A DNA stretch of 64,000 nt from the human T2T-CHM13v2.0 reference genome, Homo sapiens. Under the pieces are notes generated by a model. The model ran no database searches and had not been told where the DNA came from. It was given only the letters and a program-made list of their open reading frames with translations. Of the stretch, positions 1 through 17,501 are shown piece by piece; the first letter of the stretch is position 1; each line of letters starts with the position of its first letter. Location: assembly GCF_009914755.1 (NCBI RefSeq), contig NC_060938.1; one strand, given 5' to 3'. Made by a program: the position numbers and the translations under genes.

Positions 1-355
1 TTTTTCTTTTCCAATATTTATATCTCCTAATTATTTTTCTGGTTGCATTGGCTAAGACCCCTAACATAATGTGTTAACATAGTACAGAAAGTTCTTTGTA
101 AAAATACAAATCACCCAGTCCTATCCCAGACTGGTGAAATCAGAATCTTTGGCAGGAGAAATCTTGGAATCTGTGTTTTATCAAATTTCACAAATAATTC
201 TCTTACAACCAGCTCTGTAGTATCTGTAACCACTGATTTAAACACAAGAATTTGAATAACTAATCACCTAGTTTTATGCATTGACTAGCTTATTATCTCA
301 CTTTATTGCACTGCTAACAGACACAGCCAAACAAGTATTTGTGTTCCAGTGAATG

Positions 356-386
356 CATTCATTCATTCATTCATTCATTCATTCAC
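356..386 (+). repeat. (CATT)n microsatellite at an L2 3' end
   Basis: cattcattcatt... followed by L2-tail-like tttactaaggacctgttatgtgccaagcac. Confidence 0.85.
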
Positions 387-531
387 TCACTTTACTAAGG
401 ACCTGTTATGTGCCAAGCACTATTTAGGTGGTAGAGATACAAAGCTTATTGAGGGTTCAAAGGAGGAAATTTGGGAATAAGGCTCTATGTCATGTACTTC
501 CCAGAAATCACCAGTGTCTTACATTGCTTAG

Positions 532-1158
532 CAGGGCCACAACTCAGGTAAGGTGAGTGAGCCATTTGCGTTGGTCACAAAATGTAAGGAGTGCCAAAAT
601 ATCCTGATGTTCAAAATATCAAGACATTAAATAAAAACAGCATCTAGCAGGGATTGAATGGACTGAGGTGAATAAGGTCTAGTCATGTGTGTGCAGGGTC
701 AGATTTTAAAATTATAAAGACACCAGGTGCGAATCCCAGCACTTTAGGAGGCTGAGGTGGGCAGATCACAAGGTCAGGAGTTTGAGACCAGCCTGACCAA
801 CATGTTGAAACTGTGTCTGTACTAAAAATATAAAAATTAGCTGGGTGTGGTGGTGCACAACCTGTAATCCCAGTTACTCAGGAGGCTGAGGCAGGAGAAT
901 TGCTTGAACCCAGGAGATGGAGGTTGCAGTAAGCCGAGATCACGCCACTGCACTGCACTCCAGTCTGGGTGACAGAGCGAGACTCCGTCTCAAAAAAAAA
1001 AAAAAGAAAAAACTTGTTCAATATAGATGATTTTACACTAATTTTGGTTTTTTAAAATGTTGTATTAGGATATTATTCTTCTTGATTACTGAGTTTTTAG
1101 GCACCTCTTAAATTTTGCACACATGGTAAGTGTCTCACTCACAGGTGTCCCAGTCCTG
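532..1158. mobile_element. hAT-Tip100 MITE (MER96B-like) interrupted by an AluS (722-1010, +)
   Basis: Inverted termini cagggcc..gtgagtgag..caaaatgtaagg and cttaaattttgc..tctcactc..ccagtcctg. Confidence 0.6.
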
Positions 1159-1706
1159 CTGCTTGAACTTGGATGAGCATTTTTAGGATGTTATAGACTC
1201 TAGGCACTAGGCTGGGGGTTGATGCTGCTAATGAATGCACAGGGTATGCTACCAACTCCTGGAAGTTCATGGCAGAGAGAAAAGGCAATGTTAAAAGAGA
1301 GGGTAAACAGTTGCCTTGTTCTCTTTTGTCCATGTAATACTTGCTTTAAGTCCCTTCCTGTCCTGTCCTGTCCCTTCCTTTTTTATTTGATTTTATTATT
1401 TTATTTTTGAGGTGAAGTCTTTCTCTGTCACCCAGGCTGGAGTGCAGTGGCGTTGTGATCTCAGCTCACTGCAATCTCCACCTCCCAGATTCAAGCATTT
1501 CTCGTGCCTCAGCCTCCTGAGTAGCTGGGACCACAGGTGTGCGCCATCATGCCTAATTTTTGTATTCTTAGTAGAGACAGGGTTTTGCCATATTGGCCAG
1601 ACTGGTCTCGAACTCCTGACCTCAGGTGATCCACTCGCCTTGGCCTGTAAAAGTTCTGGGATTATAGGCATGAGCCACAGTACCCAGGCTCCTTTTCTTT
1701 TTTTAA

Positions 1707-2161
<455 letters not shown>

Positions 2162-2508
2162 GTAAGAGGCAGGGAGTGCAGCCAAGCCACGTGGGCGATG
2201 TCCCTGGGAGATCTGGGCAACCTGGGGCTGCTATGGGCACAGTAACGTGAGGCTACTTTCACATGTTAGGGACTGGGGAGTGTTTAGACCCTGCCAACCC
2301 CAACAAAGGCACAGCAAATGGTAGAGCTGTTTATATGGCACTAAGTTCTCCCAGCAGCCATCAACAGTCCAACAAAAAATGCCTAAGACATTGTCTTCAC
2401 CTAATTTTTGGTACATCAGAGCCCCACCATCATACTGCCCTGAGATAAGTAAGATATTTGCAATCAGAAGACAAAAAATCCTTCTCTTTCCCCTGTTTGT
2501 TTCTGTAG

Positions 2509-2679
<171 letters not shown>

Positions 2680-2817
2680 TAAATGTTGTGATTATAAAAG
2701 TGATGTAAACATGCCCAAAATACATTCAGAATTTGGGTGCAGTGGCTTATGCCTGTAATCCCAGAACTTCAGGAGCCTGAGGCAGAAGGACTGCTTGAGC
2801 CCAGGAGTTCAAGATCA

Positions 2818-3150
<333 letters not shown>

Positions 3151-3211
3151 TCAGGAAGGCTAAGGACTCTTAAGTATGGCCCAGTAAGCATAAACGGTCC
3201 AAAAGCAATGG

Positions 3212-3345
3212 AAAAAGTACCTTTTGGGTACTATGCTTATTACCTGGGTGATGAAATAATCAGTACACCAAACCCCTGGGACATGCAATTTACCTATATA
3301 ACAAACCAGCACATGTAGGCCTGAACCTAAAAGTTTTAAAAATTC
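3212..3345 (+). mobile_element. L1 3' end fragment (older L1PA/PB)
   Basis: gggtactatgcttattacctgggtgatgaaataatc..atataacaaaccagcacatgta. Confidence 0.75.
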
Positions 3346-3546
3346 CCATATTTGACAACAATACATTTGAAACATGCATATGATAAAAAGACACACAACC
3401 ATGAACAACCTTAAAAGACAAGCAACAGGCTGGGCGTGGTGGCTTACGCCTGTAGTCCCAGCACTTCGGGAGGCCGAGGTGGGCAGATCACGAGGTCAAG
3501 AGATCAAGACCATCCTGGCCAACATGGTGAAACCCCATCTCTACTA

Positions 3547-3780
<234 letters not shown>

Positions 3781-4947
3781 TCAGAATGTTGATAAAAGAT
3801 CCTTAGCTCAATTAGACAATGATAAATAGCCTCAATAGAGCAATGGTCAAGGCATATGCATAGCAAAAGAAGAAAGTCGAGTGCCCACATCTCTTAACTA
3901 GTTAGAGAAATGAAAGGTTCTCCTTGTCATCTTTAAAGCTGTGAAATTTTAAAGCCAGTGAATGTCAAAGGCTGCGGACAACCGAGCGAAATAAGAATAC
4001 TTCAAGCTGCCGGGCACTTTTGAGAACAACTTGATGGTCCTTGGTAAACTTGAAAATGTGTCTATTCTATGATGCAGAAATTCCCTCCCATCAAGGGGAA
4101 TTGTCTCAGAGAAGCTCTCACACATACACAGAGAAATGTGTGAGGAGGTTATTACAGCATCGCCATAAAAGAGGAAAAAAAAATAGTAACAACCTAAATA
4201 GTCATCCCCAGGCAAATGAGTACAAAAGAGGAAGTTGTCACAGGAGTCTAGGCAAGACAGGAAAATAGCTTGAGCTCAGGGAGGAGGTGGGGATAGAGAA
4301 GAGTGAATGAATTCAGAATATACTTTGGGGGTAAAGCCAAAAGGACTTGCTGATGTGAAGAATGGGGGAAAGAGAGAGATAGACTCATGGTCATTTTGCT
4401 TCAGCTATTGGTTGGATGATGGTGTTGTTTACGTGGATGGAGACAACTCAGGGAGCAACAGGGACAGGAGATAGGAGCCCCGTTTTCCATTTTGGCCACG
4501 TGATGTTTGCAATGGCCATTTGACACCTACATAGAGAAGTCAGGTAGATGGTTTGCTATATGAGTTTAGAGCTGGGTGAAGAGATCAGGGCTGAAGATAC
4601 ACATTTGGGGTCATAGGTATATAGATGTATTTAAAACCATGAGGCAAGATGAAGTCATCTAGTCAGGGAGTGTAGACAGAGTTGAGTAGGTGGCCGTCGA
4701 ACTGACCTTTGGGTCACTCCGACATTTTTAGGTTTCACAGAGGAGGAAGAGGAGTCTGAGGAGTGGTCAGTCAAATAGGAGGGAAACCAGAAAAGCGAGG
4801 TGGCAGGAGCCGAGGAAGGGAGCAGTGCAGGAAGAAGATCGACAGTTGCATCAAATGCTGTTGAGAGATCAAATAAGACGAGGATAAAATAGTAACCATG
4901 GCACTTGGCAGCATGGAGTGTTAGTGGCTTTGAAAGTCCTATTTTAA

Positions 4948-5390
4948 CTATTCACAGTAACAAAGACAGGGAATCAACCTAAATGCCCATCAGTAGTAGA
5001 CTGGATTAAAAAAATTTGGTGCATATACACCACGGAATACTATGCAGTCACAAAAAAACTGAAATCATGTTCCTTGCAGGAACAGGGTTGGAGCTGGAGG
5101 ACATTATCCTTAGCAAACTAACATAGGAAGAGAAAACCGAATACCACCTGTTCTCACTTATAAGTGGCAGCTAAATTATGAGAACACACGAACACAGAGA
5201 GGGGAACAGACACTGGGGGACTAACTGAGGGTGGAGGGAGGGAGGAGGGAGAGGAACGGGAAAAATAACTGAGTACTAGGCTTAATACTTGGGTGATGAA
5301 ATAATCTGTACAACAAACCCTGTGACACAAGTTTACCTATATAACAAACCTGCACATGTACCCCTGAACTTAAAATTTAAAAAAAAAAAA
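4948..5390 (+). mobile_element. 5'-truncated older L1PA 3' end inserted in an L2
   Basis: aatcaacctaaatgcccatca..tgttctcacttataagtgg..aacctgcacatgtacccctgaacttaaaa followed by poly(A). Diverged TSD aaagtcctatttta / aaagtgctgtttta. Confidence 0.85.
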
Positions 5391-5456
5391 AGTGCTGTTT
5401 TAGTGGAGTGGGTGAGTTATGGAAACCCAAATGGAGGAGGTTGAGTTGAAAATGGA

Positions 5457-6270
5457 GGCCTGGCACAGTGGCTCATGCCTGTAATCCCAGTGCTTTGGGA
5501 GGCCAAGATGGGAAGCCAGGAGCTCAAGACCAGCTTGGGCAACATAGTGAGACCCACTCTCTACAAAAAATTCAAAAGTTGGGCTGGGTACAGTGTCTCA
5601 CACCTGTAATCCCAGCACTTTGGGAGGCTGAGGCGGGTGGATCACCTGAGGTCAGGAGTTCCAGACCAGCCTGGCCAACATGGTGAATCCCTGTCTCTAC
5701 TAAAAATACAAACATTAGCCGGTGTAGTGGTGTGCGCCTGTAATCCCAGCTGCTAGAGAGACTGAGGCACAAGAACCGTTTGAACCTGGGAGGCAGAGGT
5801 TGCAGTAAGATGAGATCCTGGGGTGGGGGGAGTGGGGAGGGATAGCATTAGGAGATATACCTAATGTTTAATGACGAGTTAATGGGTGCAGCACACCAAC
5901 ATGGTACATGTATACATATGTAACAAACCTGCACGTTGTGCACATGTACCCTAAAACTTAAAGTATGATAAAAAAATAAAATAAAATATTACTTTCAAAA
6001 ATAAATAAATAAATAAATAAATAAAAGACGAGATCCTGCTATTGCACTCCAGCCTGGGTGACAGAGTGAGACTCCATCTCAAAAAAAAAAAAAATCAAAA
6101 ACTAGCTGGGCATGGTGGCACATGCCTATAGTCCCAGCTACTTGGGAGGCTAAGGCAGGAGAACTGCTTGAGCCCAGGAGTTAGAGGTTATCGTAAGCTG
6201 TGATCATGCCATTGCACTCCAGCCTGAGCAACAGAGTGAGACCCTGTCCTCCAAAAAGAAAAAGAAAATA
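5457..6270 (+). mobile_element. AluJ-like element split by an AluS (5581-6094), which is itself split by an L1 fragment
   Basis: Left arm 5457-5580 and right arm ~6095-6270 flank a complete AluS dimer. Confidence 0.85.
5821..6024 (+). mobile_element. Very short L1PA (L1PA3-5-like) 3' terminus inserted inside an AluS
   Basis: gggagggatagcattaggagatatacctaatg..gcagcacaccaacatgg..ccctaaaacttaaagtat followed by an (AAAT)n tail. TSD AAGA(T/C)GAGATCCTG at 5807 and 6025. Confidence 0.92.
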
Positions 6271-7004
6271 GGATGCAAAGCAAAAAGAACACTATACGCA
6301 ACCACAGAAGTTCTGCTGGGAAGGTTGGAACAGAAAAAGGGGGCAGGAGCCAAGGGAGACATAGAGTCCGAGGAGAGTTCTTAAGGATGGAAAATGCTGA
6401 GAGGAAGAAAGAAGAATAAACTGATGCTACAGAAGAAGGAGGAGGTAATTACAGGAGCAAAGTCCATGAGAAGGCTGCAGGCAATAGAGTCCAGAACAAA
6501 AGTGCGGAGCTCGCTGGCCTGAGAGAGCAGGAGGGACAGTTCATTCATTGAAAAATGGACGAGGAAAGGGTGGGTGCGGGTGCAGTAAGTGGGTAGATTT
6601 CATGGTGGCATTTGAAGCCTGTCATTGCCGCTATTTTCTCAGTGAAGTAGGAGGCAAGATCTTCAGCTGAAAGTTCAGTTCAGACCACTAGGGTTGATGG
6701 GAGAGCAGAAGGTATAAAATACCATGTAGGAGGGAGGAGCAACATGTAATGGAAGCACCTTTCCATGTGGGGCAGTTTGAGTCTCTGTCTGAAAACTGAG
6801 GTCATAAATTTAACATGAGACAGACTGTGCTCTCTCTTTTGTTTTGTTTTTGAGGCGGAGTCTCGCTCTGTTGCCCAGGCTGGGTGGAGTGCAGTGGCAC
6901 AATCTTGGCTCACTGCAGCCTCTGCCTCCCGGGTGCAAGCAATTCTCGTGCCTCAACCTCCTGAGTAGCTGGGATTATACGCCCAAGCCATCACATTCAG
7001 CTAA

Positions 7005-7226
<222 letters not shown>

Positions 7227-7282
7227 TAATCCCAACACTTTCGGAGGCCGAGGCGGGTGGATCACCTGAGGTCAGGAGTTCA

Positions 7283-7480
<198 letters not shown>

Positions 7481-7589
7481 TCAAAAAAAAAAAACCCAAA
7501 AAACAAAAAAAAAACCCAACACTTATTATTTGAAGTGATTGCTATGTGACAGGCATCAAATTGGGCATTTTACATCAATCCTCATTTAA

Positions 7590-7682
<93 letters not shown>

Positions 7683-7699
7683 TGAGACCATCCTGGCTA

Positions 7700-7981
<282 letters not shown>

Positions 7982-8229
7982 TCACATGGGTAGTAAGTGG
8001 TGAGATCAGAATTATAATCTAACTTGTGTGGCCATTTGAGTGATGCAGGTGTGCAAGGTGTAGCTTAAATGAGGGAATTGGCAGAGAAGAGGAAATAAGG
8101 GTAAAAAGAGAGTGAAGGAGGGGAGGGGGTAATGAAGGCAGGAGAAAGTTTGTTCCCAAAATTATATAAGGTGTTGTGCACTTTACTAAAAACTCACACC
8201 CAGGGTTGACACAAAGAGAAGCATGATCA

Positions 8230-8397
<168 letters not shown>

Positions 8398-9008
8398 TTA
8401 GCTGGGCGTGGTGGCAGGCGCCTATAATCCCAGCTGCCCGGGAGGCTGAAGCAGGAGAATCGCTTGAACCCAGGAGGCGGAGGTTGCAGTGAGCCGAGAT
8501 TGTCAAGGGCAAAACTCTGTCTCAAAAAAAAAAAAAAAAAAAAAGAAAGAAAGAAAGAAAGAAAGAAAAGAAATAAGACATTATTCCTGGGCCAGAGGCC
8601 TAAAGGCAATTCCTCCCATTATCCTCCCATTCAGTAATGGTTCAAGAGGACTTCAGCCTTTCCATCAATGGCCTCCTTGGCATAACTGCCCTCCCCAAAT
8701 AAAAACAACAATAATAATGTGTTTAAATAGGATGTTCCAACCCTGTGGAACATGTAAGCAAAATCATCTTCAGGTCAAAACAAAAGTATGATTTCTGTGC
8801 AAACCCAGCTTCTCGCCAAGCCTGGTGCCTCCCCACTTCCAACTGATTGTGCCCCTGAGCCTCTGCTGGAGAGAAATTCTGGAGTCACCACTGCAGCCGT
8901 GGCCTGCCATGATAGGCATCATGTGACGTAATATGCCAGGTCCATCACAGCCTTCCTGTGTAAATACAGCCCCTGAAGATGTTTTCCAGCTACTTCTGTC
9001 TATTTTAA

Positions 9009-9628
<620 letters not shown>

Positions 9629-10026
9629 TGAGCCACTGTGCCTGGCTAATTCTTACTTTTATAAATGATGCCATGGTAAACATCTACAAGCACCTTGCTC
9701 TTCCCATATTCTGTGCTGTAGTCTTAGGTAGAGTCTCAGAGGTGAGTAGGGTATGCACATTTTAATGGGAAAATATCTGTGATCAGATAATATCTGCCAA
9801 ATAGACTATACCAATTTCCTTCCCACCTAAACTATGTAAGGAGGATTATTTCACCACATCTTTGCCAGCTTTGGGGATCATCTTACAATTTTGTGTTTAA
9901 ATGAATAACTAAAAAAATTATTATCTGAGAATTTTACTTGCATGACCACTGAGTGGTCTTTATCCCCAGTGTCATGGACATCTGTTAACTCTGAGAATGG
10001 GTTTTCTGGGCTGTGGGAGATGCTAA

Positions 10027-10434
<408 letters not shown>

Positions 10435-10869
10435 TGAGACTACAGGTGCCCGCCACCATGCCCGGCTATTTTTTGTATTTTTAGTAGAAACGCGGTTGTA
10501 CCATGTTGGCCAGGCTGGTCTCGAACTCCTGACCTTGTGATCCACCCACCTCAGCCTCCTAAAGTGCTGGGATTACAGGCGTGAGCCACTGCACCTGGCC
10601 TGCACATTATTCTTTAGTATAATCGTATCTGCTGAGGCCAGGGTGACATCTTTGGATACACTTCAAGAGGACAGTTTAATTAGTGGGTAGGGAATGACCA
10701 GAAGCCAAAGGGAGGGAGTCTCATGAGTACTTGAGACTGAGCCCAGCTGGGAGCTCTGAATGATCTGGCAGACCCATCAGTCCTGGGGACCACTGAGCAC
10801 CCGGTCTGGATGCCAACAGGGGGTAGAAATCGGGACCCTTTTGGTTGGATGAGTCACGCGTAACCTTGA

Positions 10870-11169
<300 letters not shown>

Positions 11170-11332
11170 TAAGTTGGGGGCTGCAGAGTACTGGAGAGAA
11201 TAATTGGGAATATCTGTACTTCATATATGCATGTACTTTTTACCATCTCTTGACTGTAAATGCAGTGACCATTCTCTACTATAAAGCCAGTGTCACCCTC
11301 AGTGCTCCCTGGTACACTGCAGATCTTTCTAA

Positions 11333-11602
<270 letters not shown>

Positions 11603-14195
11603 TAGCCCTCAGAATGTGCTTTTTGAACACAAATCTGACATCCATTCCCCTTCCCCCAGCCCCTCAGTCTCCTGTCTTTCAGCTTAGACCCCTGCATGGC
11701 TTCCTGTTGCTCAGATCCTGTTTGCTGAGCCCCAAGTGCCCCTCCAGCCTCAGTCCACCCGGTGCTCTCCCTTGCTCTGCACCCAAGACCCCCTGGTCTT
11801 CTCTCCACTCCTTTCCTCCTACTACAGAGGCTTGGCCACTCCGCCTCCACTTGCTTGCTGCTGGGATCCTCCGTCTAGGGGACCTGCTCCCAGAGCCCTG
11901 CTCCCTACTTCCCATGGAACTTGCTGCCCTTCCTAATTCCATGCATGTGAGGGCTCTTTGCTCGCCTGTCATCCCCTCAAATGTGAAAGCTTCATCAGAA
12001 TGAAGACTGTGTTTGGGCCAGGTGCGGTGGCTTATGCCTGTAATCCCAGCCCTTTGGGAGGCCAAGGTGGGTGGATCGCTTGAGGTCACCAGTTTAAGAC
12101 CAGCCTGGCCAACATGGTGAAACCTTGTCTCTACTAAAAATACAAAATTAGCCAGGCGTGATTGTGCATGCCTGTAATCCCAACTACTTGGGAGGCTGAG
12201 GCAGGAGAATCACTGAACCCAGGAGGCGGAGGTTGCAGTGAGCCGAGACCATGCCACTGCACTCCAGCCTGGGTGACAGAGCAAGACTCTGTCTCAAAAA
12301 AAAGAATGAAGACTGGTTTTGCCCATCATTAAACTCCTCATACCTAGTCCCTCATACCTAGCATAGTGTTGGGCACACTGTAGAAGCCCAGTGTGCTTCT
12401 GATGAATGAATGAATTAATGAATACATATTTCATTTTAAATTAATTTACTAGTAGATGCTAATTTATAATATAGATGCTATTGAGCAGTTGGAAAATAAA
12501 TGAAAGGTGAGGACTTCTATTAATCATCCCCCTTTCTGGGGCACCTGCCAAGAGCCAGCTGTCGTTACTCATAGCCTCACCTGGTAATGTGGGCTCTGTT
12601 AGCCCCACTTGTCAGATGAGAAAACTGAGGCTGTGTGATTGCTTATGCCACACAAGTAGCAGGAGGCAGAGGGAAGCCTGCTGTACGTGGTTTTCCATGG
12701 CAACTCCAACTCCCTCAAGATGTGAGGGTGGTTGGAGAGACCACAGATGTGAGGGTCCTGAAGAAGGAAAGCAGTGAGGAGACAGTGAGGAAGGGGCTGC
12801 CATCTGAGAGGACAACCATGAGGAGCTGCTAAGAGGACAGGAGGAAGCCAGATTCTGACAGGCAGAAGGAGCACAGTGACTACAGACCAAACAGACTGGC
12901 CATCTAGTGACCAGGAGATCTGGGAGTCCCAGCTGGGGTGGAGCGGGGCCAGGCACAACTCAGACAGAGACTGACCCAGGCTGTGGGTGGCTCAGCCCCA
13001 GTGGCTGAGGAAGCCAGGGACAGTCTGAGAAACTGAATTTTAAAAGATTAAGCAGTTGCCTCAGCAAAATGGCAATAGAGGTCTTTGCTGTTTTGTGGGT
13101 ATACATGGTTTAAACCATTTTTTACCGCTTTTCTCATTTTTCCACAATGACCATATGTAATGAATATATTTCAATTTTCTAAAATGTTTTAGAAGTAAAA
13201 GAGAAAAGTTTAAGACAAAACTCTTAGTTTGGCCATCATGGAGACCACATCAACTTTGCCACAGGAATTATCTATGGGTCTCCACATCCAGCCCTGATGC
13301 CCCTTGCCCTAAGCTTGGAAAAATAAGGAATTCCCATTAGGAAGTGAGTCCAGCAAAGGATTCCAGATGCTGAGCTCCACGAGGTCCAGGCCCTAGTCTG
13401 CATTTTCTCACTGGAGTACATCAGAGCCTGGGACGCAGCTGACATATACTAGGGGCTCAGTAAGAGTTTTGGCTGCCTCATGTTGAAGCCACTTAGCTGA
13501 AAGCCTTCAATAATAAGAACTATTGTTCATTGACAGCATACTGCATACCAGGCACTTGTTTTAATGCTTTGCCTGAATTGATATGGTAAGTCCTCAGAGC
13601 AGCCATAGGTGATAAGTACAAAGTGATCAGGGAATTAATGCAAGGCCAGGCAGCTGGTAAGCAGAGCCACCAGGCTCCACAGTCCCTTCCATTAACTTCC
13701 ATCCATGCTTCAGCAGCTCCTAGCTCCACTGGGATAATGTCCTTGTTCCTTCTCCAAGCCTATAAGGTTCTCCATGATGTGGCCCATCCCAGCTCTGTGG
13801 CCTCATTCTCTCTGCTTCTGCTCACAAACATCTCTTGCTGTTTCACACCCCTATGCCTTTGCACTTGCCTACTCTTTTCTTCTTTGGTGAATCTTGTTTC
13901 CTCCTCTGGTTTTGCCCCCCTTCCTCAGACCTCACTAATCCTCATTAGTCCTGCAAGGCTTAGCTCCATGTTCCCCTCCCCTATGCTGCATGCTCCTTTC
14001 CTTGCTCCTGCAGTACCCAGGTGTACCTCTGTCACTGCTGTCATAACACTTCTGATGCTATTGGCTTGTTTGCCTGTCTCCCCCAATTACAGTGTTAAGT
14101 TACCCGAGGGCAGAAACCTTGCCATGTCTGCCTGTGTGTCCCTCAGTGCTTAGTGCAGTAGCTGGCATATGGCAAGCCTCTAATTAATATGTGCT

Positions 14196-14935
14196 GGATG
14201 GATGGATGGATGGATGGATGGATGGATGGATGGATGGATGGATGAGCGGTGAGATGAACAGATTGCTGGCTGGCTGGATGGATGGATGGATGGATGACAG
14301 GTGGATGGATGAGTAGATGAGATGGTTGGATAAATGAGCAGTTGGATGGACAGATGCATGGGTGGATGGATGGATGAGCAGTGAGATGGATAAGTGAGTG
14401 GATGGATGGATGGATAGATGAGCAGTGAGATGGATAAGTGAGTGGATGGATGGATGGATGGATGAGCAGTGAGATGGATAAGTGAGTGGATGGATGGATG
14501 GATGGATGGATGCATGGATGGATGAGAGGTGGATGGATGAGGAGATGGACAGGTGGATGAATAGATAGATGGTTGGGTGGATGAGCAGTGAGATGGATAG
14601 ATGGGTGGGTGAGTGGATGGATGCATGGAGGGGAGAGCAGTGAGATGGATAAGTTGGTGGTTGGATGGATGGATGGATGGATGGATGGATGGATGGATGG
14701 ATGGATAGGCGGATGGATGAGCAGTGAGATGGATGAGTATATAGGTGGATGAATGGATGGATAGATGGTTGGATGGATGAGCAGTGAGATGGACAGATGG
14801 TGGGTAGGTGGATAGATGGATGGATGGATGGATGGATGGGAGAGCAGTGAGATGGATAAATGGGTGGGTAGATGGATGGATGAATGGATGGATGGATGGA
14901 TGGATGAGCAGTGAGATAGGCAGACAGATGGATAA
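14196..14935 (+). repeat. Compound (GGAT)n microsatellite with a recurring GAGCAGTGAGATGGATA spacer
   Basis: Visible directly; about 11 spacer copies. Confidence 0.95.
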
Positions 14936-15081
14936 ACAAACAGAAGGACAAGGAGATAATTACTTACAGTGAAGTCTGGGTGTGAGACAGAGGTTGTGAT
15001 TTGATGAGATGTAGAAACTGTGCTCTGGGCCAGCCTCTCCTCCCATCTCAGCCTCCTCTTGTCTTGATTCTCCCTCTATAG

Positions 15082-15372
<291 letters not shown>

Positions 15373-15826
15373 TAACATCATAGTGAGAAATAATTTACCA
15401 GATGCTAGAAACTAGGGCTATGAAAACCTGAGAGTAGAGATAAGAAAATGCCAAAAAGAAAGGCAGGAGGACTCCAAAACAGAATTCTTTAACATCAGCT
15501 TTGCAGATGAGTGGCCCTCGGTCCCTGAATGGTTCCAGAATCACAAAATTTGTAGAATCTGGGTATTAAAACACATACTTTATTTTCATTTCATGAGTTG
15601 GCCTGTTAGACTCAGAGCAGTATTTCTGGGTGAAAATCTCTTGATAAAGGAGGAAAGCCCCAGGAGGTGACTTCAGATCCTGCTGGGAACTCTTGCCTGA
15701 ATCAGCACACAGGTGGCATCTGATGATAGCCTATACTTGTCTACCATTTTATACTCTGTTTTTCCCAAAGTGATTTTATATATTCCAGCTCATTTTTATC
15801 CTACTCTAGAAGGTAGGTAGAATACT

Positions 15827-16273
15827 GTATTAATTTCCTAAGGCTGCTGTGAAGTACCACACACTGGGTGGCTTAAACAACAGACATGTATTGTCTCACA
15901 GTTCTGGAGGCTGGAAGTCCAAGAGTAAGGTGTCAGCAGGCCTGATTCCTTCTTAGGGCTGTGAGAGAGAATCTGTTCCTGACCTCTCCCCTGGCTTCTG
16001 ATGGTTCCTGTCATGCTTTGGTGTTCCTTAGCTTGTAGAAGCAACACTCCCATCTCTACCTTCTGCTTCACATGGCATTCTCCCTATCTCTGTATCCAAA
16101 TGTCCCCTTGATATAAGGACACAGTCTTATTAGATTAGTACCCACCCTAAGTACCTCATTTTAACTTGACCATCTGCAAAGACCCTGTTTCCAAACAAGT
16201 TCACATTCACGGGTCCTAGGGGTTAGAACTCCAACATCTTTTTTTGGGAGGGGGCAAAATTCAACCCATAACA
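15827..16273 (-). mobile_element. MLT1 (MLT1B/C-like) ERVL-MaLR solo LTR
   Basis: tgtattaatttcctaaggctgctgt..tctcacagttctggaggctggaagtccaag..attcaacccataaca. Confidence 0.8.
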
Positions 16274-17075
16274 AGTGCTTTTCCTCATTTTCCCATTTTA
16301 CATATAAGTAAACTGAAACAGAGTCTCACTCTGTTGCCCAGGCTGGAGTGCAGTAATGTGATGTCGGCTCACCTCCGCCTCCTGGGTTCAAGCAGTTCTG
16401 TGCCTCAGCCTCCAGAGTATCTGGGACTACAGGTGTGTGCCAACATGCCAGGCTAATTTTTTGTATTTTTAGTAGAGATGGGGTTTCACCATTTTGCCCA
16501 GGCTGGTCTCGAACTCCCGACCTCAAGTGATCCACCCACTTCAGCCTCCCAAAGTGCTGGGATTAGAGGTGTGAGCCACTGCACTCAGCCTCCAGTGATG
16601 GCATTTGAATATGTAAACCCAAGCTCCTTAAAACTGAATAATTAATACAATGTGGGTTTTTACTTGCCACGGATTTTGAGACATTGTCAAACATAGCTGC
16701 TTTTCTTTCCCTTTGTTCTCTCACCTGTCCTCCCTGCCGCAGGCCCTTCTTGTGCTTCCTGGCTCTTCCTTCCTTTCCCCATCCTCATGCTCCAGTTCTC
16801 AATCTGCAGGCCAGGATGCTGCCTTCACCCCTGAGTCTCCACTGCAGATTCAGACTTTGTTGGCATCTGTATTTCCCTCTCCCAGGCAGTACACGTTGGA
16901 AGGCATGGACCCAGGCACTGCCTTGGTGTGTTTGAGAGAACATTAGAAATGTTCTCTCAGGCGCGGTGACTCACGCCTGTAATCCCAGCACTTTGGGAGG
17001 CCGAGGCGGGTGGATCACCTGAGGTCAAGAGTTCGAGACCAGCCTGACCAACATGGAGAAACCCCGTCTCTACTA

Positions 17076-17234
<159 letters not shown>

Positions 17235-17357
17235 TCAAAAAAAAAAAAAAAAAGAAACATAAAAGAAATGGTGCTGTTTAGGCCCTAGATGGCCCATAAA
17301 CCCGTAAGCTGTGACCACAGTGGCACTTAATAAGCCTACCAGAACAAATAGGTCTGA

Positions 17358-17501
<144 letters not shown>

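Larger units (their letters stand above)
4240..6690. mobile_element. Fragmented L2 hosting L1 and Alu insertions
   Basis: Diverged purine-rich L2-like text (aggacttgctgatg, gatcagggctgaagatacacatttggggtc, gtatttaaaaccatgag, catcaaatgctg). Boundaries approximate. Confidence 0.6.

Noticed and set aside
12690-12704. RFX X-box-like GTTTTCCATGGCAAC in an intron
   Set aside because: Single imperfect motif far from the promoter with no supporting context.
14180-14951. HPSI-repeat ORFs of 148 and 255 aa
   Set aside because: Translations of the (GGAT)n microsatellite.
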